Assembly: GCF_004010195.1 (NCBI RefSeq)
Contig: NC_057718.1
Span: 95,366,852 to 95,430,851 of the forward strand
Direction of reading: 5' to 3'
Length of the DNA: 64,000 nt
Source of the DNA: Chiloscyllium plagiosum
Lineage: Eukaryota
Positions 37,310-50,756 of the stretch are shown here, one piece after another (positions within the stretch are counted from its first letter, which is position 1; the number at the start of each line of letters is the position of its first letter). The translations under genes were made by a program, and so were the position numbers. The notes beneath the pieces are model-generated. The model made no database searches and was not told the DNA's origin. It was given only the letters and a program-made list of their open reading frames with translations.

Positions 37310-39007
37310 CTTGAAAAAATAAAAACAAATTTAACTCCAAACAATTTCATTTACTTGACGTTAGCTAACTTTGAATTTCCAATAAAATGGCTGGACAGAA
37401 ATATGGTATTATATTTAAAACTAAAGCTGATGTATTCACAAATAAAATGATTTAGAGAGCACATTTATCACCATAAAAAAATCCTACAGTGTTACATAAA
37501 AATACTTGGCAGACCTGTGGACTTTAGGGTCACATGGGGTCCCCATAACTAAGCCAGCACAGGAACACATCGTGAGTGTGGTGTGTCAGTAATACATCCC
37601 TTAGATCAGTGGGGCAAAGAATCCAGTTGTCTTTTAGAGGCTGCAGGCAGATTATCTTGCTCACAAATCTATTTTAGGGGATGGGGCATTTTACCCTGAC
37701 GACTGTGCAAAATGGCACAGAGTTTCCACCTCTCATTAATTTCGGCCTCTGCACATGTTAATTGATTGTGCTACAGACAGCAAAATGCTGGTGAGCTGGT
37801 AATATTACTTCTCATGGAGGCCTTATGTACACTGGTTGTTCATTTCCATGGTACAGGTGGCTAATCAGTTTTCCTGCTCAGCCTTGGGATCTTCAAAAGG
37901 GCCATGAAAGTGTGCTGGGCAGCTGTCCTGTCGTGGCTACCAGCTATTTTCCTGCAACGTTGTCTCCAAGCCGGTCACTCACTAAGGTGAAGAAAATTCA
38001 GCTCATTTGGATGGTGACCAAAGCTTGACCAAAGGAGATGGTTTTAAGGAGTTCACAGAAGTTAGAAGTTTCAGGTATGAATTTCAGGACTTTGGACCAA
38101 GGCGATCGATAACATGTTAAAGGAGGTGAGACACGCTAAAGTTGGAGGATTGCAGATTTCTGAGGGGGCTGAAGGTTAAGGGGAATTTGAGCACAAGGAT
38201 GTGAATTTTAGTAAAGGTGGCAGCCAAGGAAAAGGAGGTAACACAGTTGAGCAAAAGCACAAGGATGATGGATGAATGCAACTTTGTGCAAGTCAGGATA
38301 TGGATAGAATTTTAGAAGAACTTAGTTTATGGAGAGTAGGAGCTGACTGGGGCAAATTTGGAATAGTTAAGCCCATAGGTAGCAAACAAAGAAACGTACA
38401 GAGACTTCTGGGGAAAGATAAATATTAAGAAATTGGTGCAAACCAAAGGGAATATAACATGCACACTGCATGCAAATTTACCAGGTCACTGTCTAGGAGG
38501 AAATACGACAATCGAGAGAGACTTGGAAAAGGAGTCTTATTTTAAAAAAGGCGATACAAGGAATGATCTGATAGAAGCAGTCCACTTTGAATGGGTCATA
38601 CATGCAAAATTATGTGGGCATGTAGAAGCAGAGAAACATGTTATTTTAATTACAAAGAAAGTTTTGAGACCGTGAAATGCACCCTCAGAAACTTCATATC
38701 GCAAAGCTTAAGAATGGTTGACATAAGCATTTGAAGCAAAGGAAGATAACAGGAGTAGGGGAACTGTCAGGCACATGGTGATAAGACTCCAGTTTATGCA
38801 TAGGATTAACAGTAGAATGGATTGGTTGGGTTGAAAGGCTTATTTACTTGTGCAATTTCTACAAATTTTAATTCATGCAGGATAAATGTTGATTACTATC
38901 GTACATATATTTTTAAATGTCAGGGGCATTCAAACTATCACAGTTGCCACTTATAAAAATGATGTGCAACAGAATTATAATGGAGTTCATTTGTTACATC
39001 AGCTCAC

Positions 39008-39093
39008 CCATCTGCATTTCTCTCTTGCAGCACAGCAGCAGCAGCCTGCAATTTCTTTAGTCTATCTTCTTGTTTACTCTTCCTCTCTTCAAC
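39008..39093 (-). CDS. TRMT6: TRMT6 coding exon 8 (VEERKSKQEDRLKKLQAAAAVLQERNADG)
   Basis: 86 nt, cag/gtgag boundaries, ERNADG motif. Confidence 0.93.
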
Positions 39094-39654
39094 CTGTGAA
39101 AAAACATGTCACCAAAGATGGAGTCCAGTTTGACTTTGGAAGACTGGAATTTGCACAAGAACAAGCATAAAACTAGGTTAGAAACCTGGAATATACTGGG
39201 AAAGGAGAGAATTAAATAAAGGCTTGGTTTCAGATCCAGAGTTGCTTTAAAGTTTGAGAATTTTAAAACAATTGTTTTCCTACCAGAAGTATGTTAAAAA
39301 AAGTCAGAGAGAAAGCAGTCAGAATACAGTTACAAATATAGGGTCCCAAGTGAAAGGAGGGCATGATCGGAAAAGAATTGTATCTGTAGGTCTAGAAAAT
39401 ACACAATAATAGGAGCTACTGGCTACTCATGTAGATGCAGGTGGAGCTCAAAATTAACCAAATTTATGAAAGCAACATTATTTCAAAGTTAAATATTGAT
39501 ATTGTGCAATTTGGTTTAACTGAAACAAATTACACATTGAGATCTTACAACAGTATTTTTATATGAATCTTGGACAGAGGGGAGAAAATTTCAATTGCTC
39601 ATTTTTCTTAATAAATGTACTTTAAAAACATTAAGCATAATAACCTAGAGAGAT

Positions 39655-40015
39655 CCGATGACAAACTTACAAGATAATTCATGGCTTAGAAAGGGTGGAC
39701 GCTGGGAAATTGTTTCCATCAGGCAGGGATACCAGGACCCGTGGGCACAGCTTTAGAATTAGAGGGGGGGCCAATTTAGAATGGAAATGAGGAGACATTT
39801 CTTCAGCCAGAGAGTGGTGGGCCTGTGGAATTCATTGCCACCGAGCGCAGTGAAGACCCGGACATTAAATGTCTTCAAGGCAGAGATTGATAAATTCCTA
39901 ATCTCGCAGGTAATTAAAGGCTATGGGGAGAATGCAGGTAAGTGGCATTGAAATGCCCATCAGACATGATTGAATGGCTGAGTGGCTTTACTTCCACTCC
40001 TATTTCTTATGGTCA
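39655..40015 (+). mobile_element. CR1-clade LINE 3' end
   Basis: YKIIHGLERVD..., FFSQRVVGLWNSLP, FKAEIDKFL motifs and tail. Confidence 0.8.
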
Positions 40016-40724
40016 GAAGGACACTTGCTGGGATCTATTTTTGCTTGACAAGGCCTGAGCAAATTAGCAGCATCTTAAATAGAGCACAATATCTAGGAAA
40101 GATAGAAATTTGCTAGTTTGACTGAAGTACTTGATTAAAGCAGAGCAAAATGTCGAAACCCTTAGTGACAAAATAGTGACTTCCCATACTAGCAGCATCA
40201 GTAAATGAGCCTAAAATGAGTTGAACGATGTAGTATAAACAAACTTTACAAAACATAAGACAACAACTGGAAAAGTGGTGTCTAAAACTAAAAATGGACA
40301 AGTTATTAGCACAAAAATGTTACAATACAGCTAGTGACTGAAGCAAAAGTTTAAGCACCTTTTTAATTTAAAAAACGCAATGGCAAAATTATGCAGCACA
40401 ATGTTTAAATAAGTGCAATTGTTTAGCATTTTGCTAGGTCACAATATCATAAACCCTGCTTTCGTGAATCAGTTTAGTTCATGACCATTTTCCGCACAAA
40501 AGAAAAGCAAAGCATTAAAATCAATGTGCTTTAAAACATTGAGTATTGTCACTATTTTAGTGTTGCTTTACATCAATTAACAGAACCAGCTACCAACAGA
40601 TAAGTCTCAAAATCTGGAAAAATTTCTGCTCACATACAGTAACTGTTTAAAATACCTGAGCCCTTGAAATTGGTTACATTCGAATTTAACATTCCACATT
40701 ACCTCCTACAGGAACAAATCTTAC

Positions 40725-41071
40725 ATTGGATTTTCGGTCTGAATTTTTTTCTTTATTTTCAGCCTCCTCACAAGCAACATCCATGGCCTCAGTTTCTTCA
40801 GATTTGTTGTTATCCATCACGGTCTCACCACAAGGCATTCCATCACCCTGGCATATGTTCAGCAGGCTCCCATTACCTTCTTCCACCATAACTTCAGTTT
40901 GTTTTTGCAGCGTTTCTTTCTCAGCCAAGAAAACTCCAGAAAGAAGGCTGTTCAATTTGTTGATAGGGAAATCATATAGATGGTTATAGAAGGATTTTGG
41001 AAACCCAAAATTCTCCATCGCTGCCCTGATAGGCAAGCTACCTGGATACATGTGGATAACAGAGCCAAAAC
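40725..41071 (-). CDS. TRMT6: TRMT6 coding exon 7
   Basis: GFGSVIHMYPGSLPIRAAMENFGFPKSF..LYDFPINK then acidic linker; cag| acceptor, AAT|gtaaga donor; 347 nt. Confidence 0.93.
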
Positions 41072-41569
41072 CTGCAGAAAAAGGTTAAACAGGAGACATA
41101 GCATAGATAGTTTATTATTATTTAGACACTGATAGCTAGGTGGTCACTTTGCAAATTAAAGATAGTCAGTTGGAATCCTAATTTGTCATTCTTGAACCAA
41201 GGATGGCTTGGTAAGGTGGGTAATGTAAAGATTAGTAGTTAAGCAGGAGGCTCTTATGATGGCAAAGAGGATAATGAGCACCTCAAACAATAAGGATGGT
41301 GACTGATTGATTGGACCACCACAGGGAGTGGGGTGGAAGTAGATAGCAGAGGAAGATGAGAGTTGAGCTTGAAGTAGTCTCACCCGACCTGGTAAGGGCG
41401 ATTTCAACGGGGGTTAAACACTAGACATGCTCAATGCTTTTCCATCTGTATTACAGTAAATATGGGACCATACCAGGAATGACAGATGGATAACGCAGGC
41501 AAGAGGTTGACTGAACAAATTGATGGCTGGGCTGGAATTGTGTGGAATTGAAGAATTTTCAAATACAAG

Positions 41570-41910
41570 TAGCGAGTTTTGAGAAGATTGTAGCTCAGGT
41601 TGAGGTTCTGCATGTAGGTTTGCTTGCTGAGCTGGAAGGTTCATTTTCAAACATTTTGTGGCATTCCAACCAGAACTCTATCAACAAACACATTGACCTG
41701 AACCCGACTTACCACCCCCTGAGAAAAAGAACAGGAAATGACATCACCATAGGAAATGACATCACCAACCCAAAGAAACCCAAACATATAAATAGAAAGC
41801 GGAATCATCGGTAGTGCTTCATCTGCAGGCTCACTGAAGATGTTACCTTGTATGGTGACAAAATGTCTGAAAATGAACCTTCCAGCTCAGCGAGCAAACC
41901 TACATCCACA
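41570..41910 (+). mobile_element. Penelope-like element 3' end (family D) with inverted terminal segment and decayed hammerhead
   Basis: WHSNQNSINKHIDLNPTY resembles a PLE GIY-YIG C-terminus; 41613-41658 is the reverse complement of 41859-41903; UCA-CUGAAGA-U-GUUACC(UUGUAU)GGUGAC-AAAAUGUC-UGA at 41831-41870. Confidence 0.72.
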
Positions 41911-42544
41911 TCTAAGTAACTCAGAAGATATTCTTACAGGGCAAAATCAAACAGTATTAGAAGACAGAATAATTAGAATTTGCAAATCACAACAAACCAA
42001 TAATATTTAATGTGAGATTTAGAACTGGAAAGTTGTGGCTTTCTCGACACGGGTGTTAAATTTATTAGCAGAACTAATACTGTCTGATCTTTCTTAATAA
42101 TACTTTTGCTTGGTTTTTATGCACACTTAGATATCCAAGTGCATTGCCAATGATTCATTTCTAATGTGTAAATCATGAAGCTTACGTAGCAAGTGCTATA
42201 AGGGAGGGAAATTCAATTAGGAAATTACAACTTTTAATTTGTTAACGAAAATAATCAACATTGCATCAACATCCCTAACCCAAACATGCAATTCTTTGAA
42301 GTGAACTCTTATTTCTCTCACCGATCCACTGTTCACTCTGTACTCAGCAATTAAACATGTGCCACAAAATTTGAATTTGTTTTTAAAAAAGGAAAGAAGT
42401 GATATCAGCAGATTAATAGACATGATAGTGAATCAAGAACACAGCACGGATTAAAGAAGATATTCTGAAGTCTTCGTAACATTTGTACTTTGAGGTTCAT
42501 TTGCACAAATATCCATTGTAGATCATGTTTACATTTCTACAGTA

Positions 42545-42876
42545 CAGGGAGACAATTCTTTGTCCGAAATCCTGAAATCTGAAAAGCTGCAAAATCTGAA
42601 GGTTTTTTTTTGTGAAGTTTTTAATCTTACTAACAAGGTTGTTTGGTGTGCAAACACTTAATCCAACTTCACACCCACTTGATACTACGCCATTCAGATG
42701 CGACATAGGGGGCATGGCAGACCTCAATTCCGTTACTCAGTGAGTCTGCTGTTTGGTAAGATTTTTTTTAAAAAAAAGTGTCACTGTTGAACCATCACTT
42801 ATTCCAAGATTAAAAAAATTCCAAATTCCGAAAACTAGCTGGTCCCAAGGGTTTCTGATAAAGGATTGTGTACCTG
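42545..42876. mobile_element. Tc1/mariner-type MITE with TA target-site duplication
   Basis: TIRs cagggagacaattctttgtccgaaa / tttctgataaaggattgtgtacctg, both flanked by TA. Confidence 0.72.
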
Positions 42877-43094
42877 TACAGCATTCAATTTTGAACATCA
42901 TTCCCAACTAAGCTTCTCAAATTGAACTTCAGTACGATATACTGCAAATAGATTCAGCTTCACTCAGTTAAAAGGTCAATGCAGAATGTTCACATTTGCA
43001 ATCAACCAGGTCAGCTAAACTCACTACAATTCAATTAAGTTACAACACATTAGGAATTCTCAGGCGAATATGGTGCAAATTTAGATTTTATTAC

Positions 43095-43219
43095 CTCCTA
43101 ATCTCTCCATTACAGCACCAAGCACCAGACCAGCACAGGTTTCTGCTACAATTACTTTGGAGCCTGCATGGATGTTCCCAAGAGTTAACATCTGAGCCAG
43201 TGTGTCATACCTTAAGTAG
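43095..43219 (-). CDS. TRMT6: TRMT6 coding exon 6 (YLRYDTLAQMLTLGNIHAG...ETCAGLVLGAVMERLGG)
   Basis: 125 nt, highly conserved motif. Confidence 0.96.
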
Positions 43220-44989
43220 CTGAAAAAAATGGTTAGTTAATAATGGTTTTAATTCTGGTGATCTGTTGGGGATACAGCAACATTAACAATGCCATTTAAA
43301 GATGCTTATGCAAGCAAGCCAGTCTTTCTCTCCCCCCTCCACTCTTTTCACCTCATCACAAAGTAGTCAAAAAGTAACACCACATTCAGCAAGTAGTTTT
43401 AATGATAAAAATTGAAGTGTAATGTTTCATAAATTAGAACAAAAATAATAAGTGATTTGAATAGAATATCTTGAGATTCCTTTCCTTATGCCCAAAAAAG
43501 AAAAGGATCAGACATGCCTATTCACCTCCGAAGAGTTGAACATGCATATGAATTAATATGGGACTGTGTTCAGCAGGTGCTCAATAAACCCATTTATTGG
43601 CTCTAAATTTACATATTTTAAGTCAACTGTTCATAAATCAGATTTCGAACCAGCTAATTTCAGTAAACCAAGCTATTGCATTTGTTTAGTCACAGACATA
43701 AGCTATTAATGAAGCAGATTCAAAACAAAACTTTGGACCAGTTAATGAAGGACTTAAAACAGGCAAATCGGTCAGAAGAATGGGTCTCTTAATTCTTACT
43801 GAATTAAAACAAGATTGCCTCACAGCAAGTAACTTCATCCATCTCAAATTATCCCAAATGGTTACAACTTTTATCTGAATAATCCACTGTGCTATTTTAA
43901 CATTACCTAGTGTGAACAACTCTTATTTCAGATTTTTTGAAAAATTGAACTCAAACTTCACCATCTGCCATGGCAGGATTCAAACCAGGGTCCCCAGAAC
44001 ATTATCTGAGTCTCTGGATTAACAGTGCAGCGAGAGTCCCACTAAACCATCACCATTCCAGATATTCAGAGCCTATGGTCTTGCTGTTGAACCTACAATC
44101 TCACTTGATTAATGATAATGAACTTCACAATGATGTGACAACTACTAAAGTTGTCTGACAAGTGATATCTTTAGAACACAGGAAAAGACAGTGACAAAGA
44201 AAGCTTGTTGCTCACGACTGATCATCTACCTCAAAATATATCTATCCATGCTATCCCTGTAACACTCAAAGTCATTAGAATTTAGACAGTGATCAATGTC
44301 TGTCCTGAGCAGGCTCAATGATCAAGCTACCATGGCTTTCCTGGTTAACGAATCCCAAAGATTCACTATCTTCCAATTTAAGACAGCCCTCATCTCAGCA
44401 CAAATGGCTTGCCCCTTATTCTGTTGGGCATGTCTATATGTATTAGCTATCCTCATCACATTATGGCTTAATGGCCTGGTGACATAGATTTGTATTTCAT
44501 TTATAATGCTTCGGGAGGTTCGACAACGTAACTTACTTCACTGGTACTTGACACAATGAAGAACCAACTTGATACATGCAGAGAGCATTCTGAACAATAT
44601 TTTCTGAAAAACTATTTTAATTAAAAAGAAACGATCTTTCGACCAAGATCAAAAGAAGTTTTATTTTTAAAATTAATAAAAATGGATCAAATTCAGTAGT
44701 GTCAAAAAGCAAGATATTGCAACTGGAGGAATAATTGGCAGAACAGAATCCAAGTAGCTAGAAAAGATGGTCAGATTCAAAAAGCCATCCTTGATTTAAA
44801 TTGTCATTGTAGACAGTAAATAATTCTCCATGACACCTTAATGCCCTGCCCAGTTCCAACAAAGCAGGAGTTAAAATCCACCTGTCAAGACAGAAACCAA
44901 AGGACTCAGCTAAAATTCAAAACAGCTACTAGTCTGAATCATGCCTCGTATCAAAAAACAAAAGAGAAAGTTCAACTTTATTTACTCAC

Positions 44990-45073
44990 CAAATTTTACC
45001 TGGCTCACGGGAATGATACATCATGGCCATTATGCGAGTGGTAGGCTTTAGGATAGTTATAAATGCTTCGTAC
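44990..45073 (-). CDS. TRMT6: TRMT6 coding exon 5 (YEAFITILKPTTRIMAMMYHSREPGKI)
   Basis: 84 nt, ag/gtgag boundaries. Confidence 0.95.
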
Positions 45074-45468
45074 CTATCAACAAGATTTAACTAAATTAGA
45101 AGTTGTTGCGACTTATTGCTCTGCAAGGTCTAAGATTAACATTTATTTGAATTCTAAACAGTTACATAACTGAATTTCTTCTGATAATCTGTGATGTCAA
45201 GGTGCATATTAAATAGTCAATCTAGTTAAGCACATCGATTCTGAATTTTGGTTACACTAACAGTTAGACATTTCTTTGCAACTGCAGTGCCTCAGACTGA
45301 CTCGATTAGGATTTCACAATAAAAAAACTATAAACTATTTGCCTAAGTAAACTATTGTTTTTAGAGAGAGAAAAAATCAATTTAACTGACATGCCAGGAT
45401 ATCTCAATCAGGAAAAGTCTCTTTCAACCAACATGAGACTCTAGAACACCCTAAGAACAGAATCTTAC

Positions 45469-45560
45469 TTTTTCTTTTTCTTCTTGATGTACTTTTCTTG
45501 AGCAAATCCAGTTTTGTCTCTAAATGTTGTGCTATTCTCTATCAAATGTTGAACAATATC
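45469..45560 (-). CDS. TRMT6: TRMT6 coding exon 4 (DIVQHLIENSTTFRDKTGFAQEKYIKKKKK)
   Basis: 92 nt, conserved LIENSTTFRDKT. Confidence 0.96.
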
Positions 45561-45797
45561 CTGTGTAAAATAAAATCTCAGCTTTAAGAAGTTAATTATT
45601 TGGGGACACACACAACAATTTCTGTGGAGAAAATTATTAGTAAGTAGACGTCACCAGTATAAAAGTCATTCCTCAGGCTTTGTTGCATTGGAAATGCCCT
45701 CATCTCTGGCCTAGAAGACCTGGGTTCAAGTCCCACCTGCTCCAGGTTTAAAATAACAACTGAACAGTGATTATAAATATCAAAAAGTCATCCCTAC

Positions 45798-45907
45798 CTG
45801 ACCTTTTAATCCCTGCTCTTTAAGTGCCTCAATGTCATCTCTGCTGAGCTTTTGGGACTTGCCATCATCAATGATGTTTCGATTATCAACACCAGCTTCA
45901 TTTACTT
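45798..45907 (-). CDS. TRMT6: TRMT6 coding exon 3 (EVNEAGVDNRNIIDDGKSQKLSRDDIEALKEQGLKGQ)
   Basis: 110 nt, conserved DNRNI.DDGKSQKL. Confidence 0.96.
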
Positions 45908-46099
45908 CTGGCAGAATTAAAAGAAAAACAAATCATGGACTGCTTTAAAACAAACTAAAAAACCACACAAATCCATTTAACTTGCATTAACCAAGATCAA
46001 ATGTAGCTACAGTGCTAGGTTGAAAATATAATCATTCCACGTGAAATAAATGGCAAGCTTCAACACAGACCTGAGTGGTGAAGAGCCCTCAATATTATA

Positions 46100-46317
46100 T
46101 TCCCCCACCCTCCTCTCTGACCTCCATCCCCACCCCCTTTCACCTATCGTACTCTATGCTACTTTCTCCCCACCCCCTTCTCATTTCTCTCTTCACACTG
46201 CAGGCACCCTGCCTCTATTCCTGATGAAGGGCTTTTGCCCGAAGCGTCGATTTTCCTGCTCCTCGGATGTTGCCTGACCTGCTGCGCTTTTCCAGCATCA
46301 CTAATCTAGACCCCCTC
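46100..46317 (+). mobile_element. Solo PLE 3' terminal repeat (family A) with 14-bp target-site duplication and near-intact hammerhead
   Basis: Flanked by ccctcaatattata (46086-46099, 46318-46331); CUGAUGA-A-GGGC(UUUU)GCCC-GAAgCGUC at 46221-46248. Confidence 0.8.
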
Positions 46318-46987
46318 CCCTCAATATTATACCCAACTCCCATAATTTAGTACCCACAGTCATCACTGCTTTTCAAACACGAGAGTTAAGAAACAGTTTA
46401 CTGAAAAAATTAAATGCAAACTATATTCTTAATCGTAACCTGCAGAAAGGACAACAAATAACAATTCATTTTGAAAGTAAATTTTATTTTACTGCTTCAT
46501 TAGCTTTGGTACATAACAAGGGGAATATACATTTGTCTTCTCTTTCAGTTCAATAAAGGCAACCATTAAAAGTGATAAAACGTAAAATGGAAGCCCAAGT
46601 CACTAACCAAGATTTAAATTTCAAGTCAGAAATAATTTAGTCAGTTCTGGAACTATAAATGTAAAAGGTGCATTTTATCCAATTAAATCCTGACTGAATC
46701 ACCTGGCCATATTTTATCCTATGGCAGAGGATGGGACCATACAAAGGAGTAAGCATATGAACAATCACTATGGACATTATAGCTTTACACAGCATAAGAA
46801 TACTGAATATTATCCTTGAAGAGGTTTACAAACCTGGCATTTGTCAAACCTGACAAAGATTTATTAGAACAAACAGTGTGCATGTGTATACACTATCTGG
46901 TGGAATGTCTACCTTCAGACAATTGTTTTATTTTTCAGCAATGCTGATATTAAAATGTCCATGATGCAATTTACAATACAATATTAC

Positions 46988-47118
46988 CTTTGGCAACTTC
47001 TTTAGTTTTTACTTTAAGTGGTTGGAGTACTCCTCCACTGGAAACCTCAAAAGTGGTACCATACTGCTGTCCAATCGCATTGTCCAAGTAAAACCACTGT
47101 TTCTCAAAGGTGATTTTT
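46988..47118 (-). CDS. TRMT6: TRMT6 coding exon 2 (KITFEKQWFYLDNAIGQQYGTTFEVSSGGVLQP...)
   Basis: 131 nt, conserved FEKQWFYLDN. Confidence 0.96.
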
Positions 47119-47249
47119 CTAGAAAGCAAAGTTTGAGATCCATTTAGTTCTAAATAGAATATTAAGTTCATCCCCAGTTATAGCAAAAATCAGTGACATA
47201 TGTACAAAATATTCTTAAAAATTTCAGATCTTTAACAGATGTCATGTGA

Positions 47250-48345
47250 ATAGCCATTTGGATACAGAACTGGCTCAAGGTAGAAGACAGAGGGTGGTGG
47301 TGGAGAGTTTTTTTTTAGACTGGAGGCCTGTGACCACTGGAGTGCCACAAGGATCAGTGCTGGGCCCTCTACTTTTGGTCATTTACATAAATGATTTGGA
47401 TGCAAACATAAGAGGTACAGTTAGTAAGTTTACAGATGACAGCAAAATTGGAGGTGTAGCGGACAGCGAAGAGGGTTACCTCAGATTACAACAGGATCTG
47501 GACCAGATGGGCCAATGGGCTGAGAAGTGGCAGATAGAGTTTAATTCAGATAAATGCGAAATGCTGCATTTTGGGAAAGCAAATCTTAGCAGGACCTATA
47601 CACTTAATGGTAAGGTCCTAGGGAGTGTTGCTGAACAAAGAGACCTTGGAGTGCAGGTTCATAGCTACTTGAAAGTGGAGTTGCAGGTAAATAGGATAGT
47701 GAAGGTGGTGTTTGGTATGCTTTCCTTTATTGGTCCGAGTATTGAGTACAGGAATTGGGAAGTCATGTTGCGGTTGTACAGGGCATTGGTTAGGCCACTG
47801 TTGGAATATTGCGTGCAATTCTGGTCTCCTTCGTATCGAAAAGATGTTGTGAAACTTGAAAGGGTTCAGAAAAGATTTACAAGGATGTCGCAAGGGCTGG
47901 AGGATCTGAGCTACAGGGAAAGGCTTAACAGGCTGGGGCTGTTTTCCCTGGAGCGTCGGAGCTGAGGGGTGACCTTATAGAGGTTTACAAAATTATGAGG
48001 GGCATGGATAGGATAAATAGGCAAAGACTTTTCCCTGGGGTCAGGGAGTCCAGAACTAGAGGGCATAGGTTTAGGGTGAGAGGGGAAAGATATAAAAGAG
48101 ACCTACGGGGCAAATTATTCACGCAGAGGGTGGTACGTGTATGGAATGAATTGCCAGCGGAAGTGGTGGAGGCTGGTACAATTGCAACATTTAAGAGGCA
48201 TTTGGATGGGTATATGAATAGGAGGGGTTTGGAGGGATATGGGCCGGGTGCTGGCAGGTGGGATTAGATTGGGTTGGCATATCTGGTCGGCATGGACAGG
48301 TTGGACCAAAGGGTCTGTTTCCATGCTGTACATCTCCATGACTTT
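47250..48345 (+). mobile_element. Relatively young 5'-truncated CR1-clade LINE (RT C-terminal half)
   Basis: 239-aa ORF with GVPQGSVLGP, YINDLD, KFTDD, YCVQFWSP followed by 90-aa C-terminal ORF; very similar to 1-1107. Confidence 0.93.
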
Positions 48346-49244
48346 ATGAATGGCTCTGGTCCACTTAAAAGTAACCATACTCAACATACTAAAAAAGTGT
48401 TTAATTCACCAGGTTAAACAAAATGATAGTTTTAAGACAGTGGAAGTCAAATATTTGCAATGAATTTTGAAGATGTAAATAAAAGATGTTTATGGGTTAG
48501 GACAAACTGAAACACAATGAAGCGCCCTAAAGTATAATACTTTTCCTTCCAGTCCAAGTTCCCAATTTCAGCCATACTGCTGTGGGGACACAATGAGTAT
48601 CTTTCATACTTCTGAGTTAAAGAGTGAAAATAAAGCAGAGATAACAGGAAAAAGTCAGAATGGGGCAATAATTGGACTGCTCCATTATCAATTTTCGTGG
48701 CCATAGGAAGCAAATATTTTCAGCAAATATTTTCAGTGTGTGAACAGAAGAAAGTTTTTTTTAAAACATGTATAACTCAAACTCTTGTAACTGTACTTTA
48801 AACAAAATTTCTTGTTATATCACACAAGCAAGTAGTTTTTTTTTTGTCAGTCAAGCTGTACTGATATTTACAGGGATATGCAGAAACAAAACAGGAGTTG
48901 CCATTCTGCCAATTGAGCCTGCTCCGCCATTCAATATGATCATGGCAATGTCTAACTTCTTGAAAGAAAATCCAATATTCTGGCCTCACTGGTTTGTGGC
49001 AGAAAATTCCACAGGCTCACCACTGACTGGGTGAAGGCATTTCTCCTCTTCTCAGTTCTAAATGGCTGAACCTGTATCCTTAAGATTGTGACCCCTAGTT
49101 CTGGACTGTCCAGTCAACAGCAAGATCTTTTTTGCATTCACCTTGTCTCGTTCTGTTAACATTTTGTAGGTTTCTACAAGATGCTCCTCATTCTCAACTT
49201 CAGTAAATGTAAACTTAACCAATCCAGTCTCCTTTCATGATATC

Positions 49245-50402
49245 AATGATGGATAAGTTGTTGGAGGGGATTCTGAGGGACAGGATTTACATGCATTTGG
49301 AAAGGCAAAGACTGATTAGGGATATTCAACATTGTTCTGTGCATGGGAAATAGTGTCTCACTGTCACCTCCCAAAACAAGACTCAGTTAAGTCAAAGAAG
49401 ACTGATGAAGGCAGAGTGTTAGACTGTGTCCCTATGGACTTCAGCAAAGCATTCGACAAGGTTCTGCATGGTAGATTGCTTATTAAGGTTAGATCAGGTG
49501 GAGTCCATTTTGGGGATGGGGGGAACAACTGGACAAAATTGCCTTGAAGGTAGGAGACAGTGTAGTGATAAAGGGTTGCTTTTCAGATTGGAGGCCTGTG
49601 ACCAGTCATGTGCCACAAGGATCCGTGCTGTGTCCACTGCTTTTCGTCACTCAAATGATTGTGCAGTGGCAGGTGGATTTTAATTTAGATAAACGTGAAG
49701 TGTTGCATTTTGGTCAGGCAAACCAGGGGAGGACATAAGAGTTAATGGCAGGGCCCTGCAGAGTGCTGCCAAAGAGATCTAGTTCCTTGAAAATGAAGTC
49801 ATAGGAGGACAGAGTGGTGAAGATGGTGTTGGGCATGCTCGTCTTCATTGGTCAGTGCACTGAGCACAGGAATTGGGACATCATGTTGTGGCTGTTTAGG
49901 CCACTGGTTAGGTCACTTTTACAATTCTGATCTCGTTGCTCTAAGTTGTTAAACTCGAAAGGGTGCAAAAAAGATTTACAAGGATGTTGCTGGGATCAGA
50001 GGGCTTGAACTTTGGGAGAGGCTGGATTAGCTTGTGCTGTTTTTGCCCCTGGATCATTAAAGGCGGAGGGGTGACTCTTAGATTTATAAAATCAGGAGGG
50101 GCATGGATAGGTTAAATAGCTAAGGTCTTGTTCCCCAGAGTAGGGGAGTCCATCAGTCCCTTTAAGTTGAGAGGGGCAAGATTTAAAAGGGACCTGAAAG
50201 ACAGATTTATTTTTATGCAGAGGTGGTGCATATATGGATGGAGGCACCAAGTACAATTACATTTAAAAGGCATCTGGATGGATACACGAATAGCAAGGGT
50301 TTAGAGGGACATGGCCCAAATGGGACGATATCAGTTTAGGATATCTGGTCAGCATGGATGAATTGGATTGAAGGATCTCTTTCCCTGCTGTATCACTATG
50401 AT
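49245..50402 (+). mobile_element. Degenerate CR1-clade LINE RT fragment inserted in an older minus-strand CR1 (about 49030-49240, 50410-50750, 51310-51650)
   Basis: DFSKAFDKV, VPQGSVL motifs on +; flanking minus ORFs VPQRSVL and ALMRQSLEFYV. Confidence 0.8.
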
Positions 50403-50756
50403 TTATCCATCGATCCAGCCATCCCAAGAATCAGTCTTGTAAATCTTCACTGCACTCCCTCCATAGCCAGGCCATTTTTCCTCAGATAAGGAGATCAAAT
50501 GCTACACATAAAACTCTAGACTTTGCCTCATCAAAGCCCTGTGCAATTGCACCAAGACATCCCTGTTCCTGTGCTGGAATCTGCTCATTATGAAGGCCAA
50601 CATAGCATCTGCCTTCCTCACTATTTGCTGACTTGCACACTTGCTTTTAGCAAGCGGTATACAAGGACACTCCGATCTCATTCCACCACCCACCTTCCCA
50701 ATACATTGCCATTCAGATTATAATCTGTGTTCCTGCTTTTGTTACTGAAGTGGACA

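Noticed and set aside
47246-47965. 239-aa RT ORF as a functional or domesticated gene
   Set aside because: 5'-truncated CR1 copy with an internal stop before the C-terminal segment.
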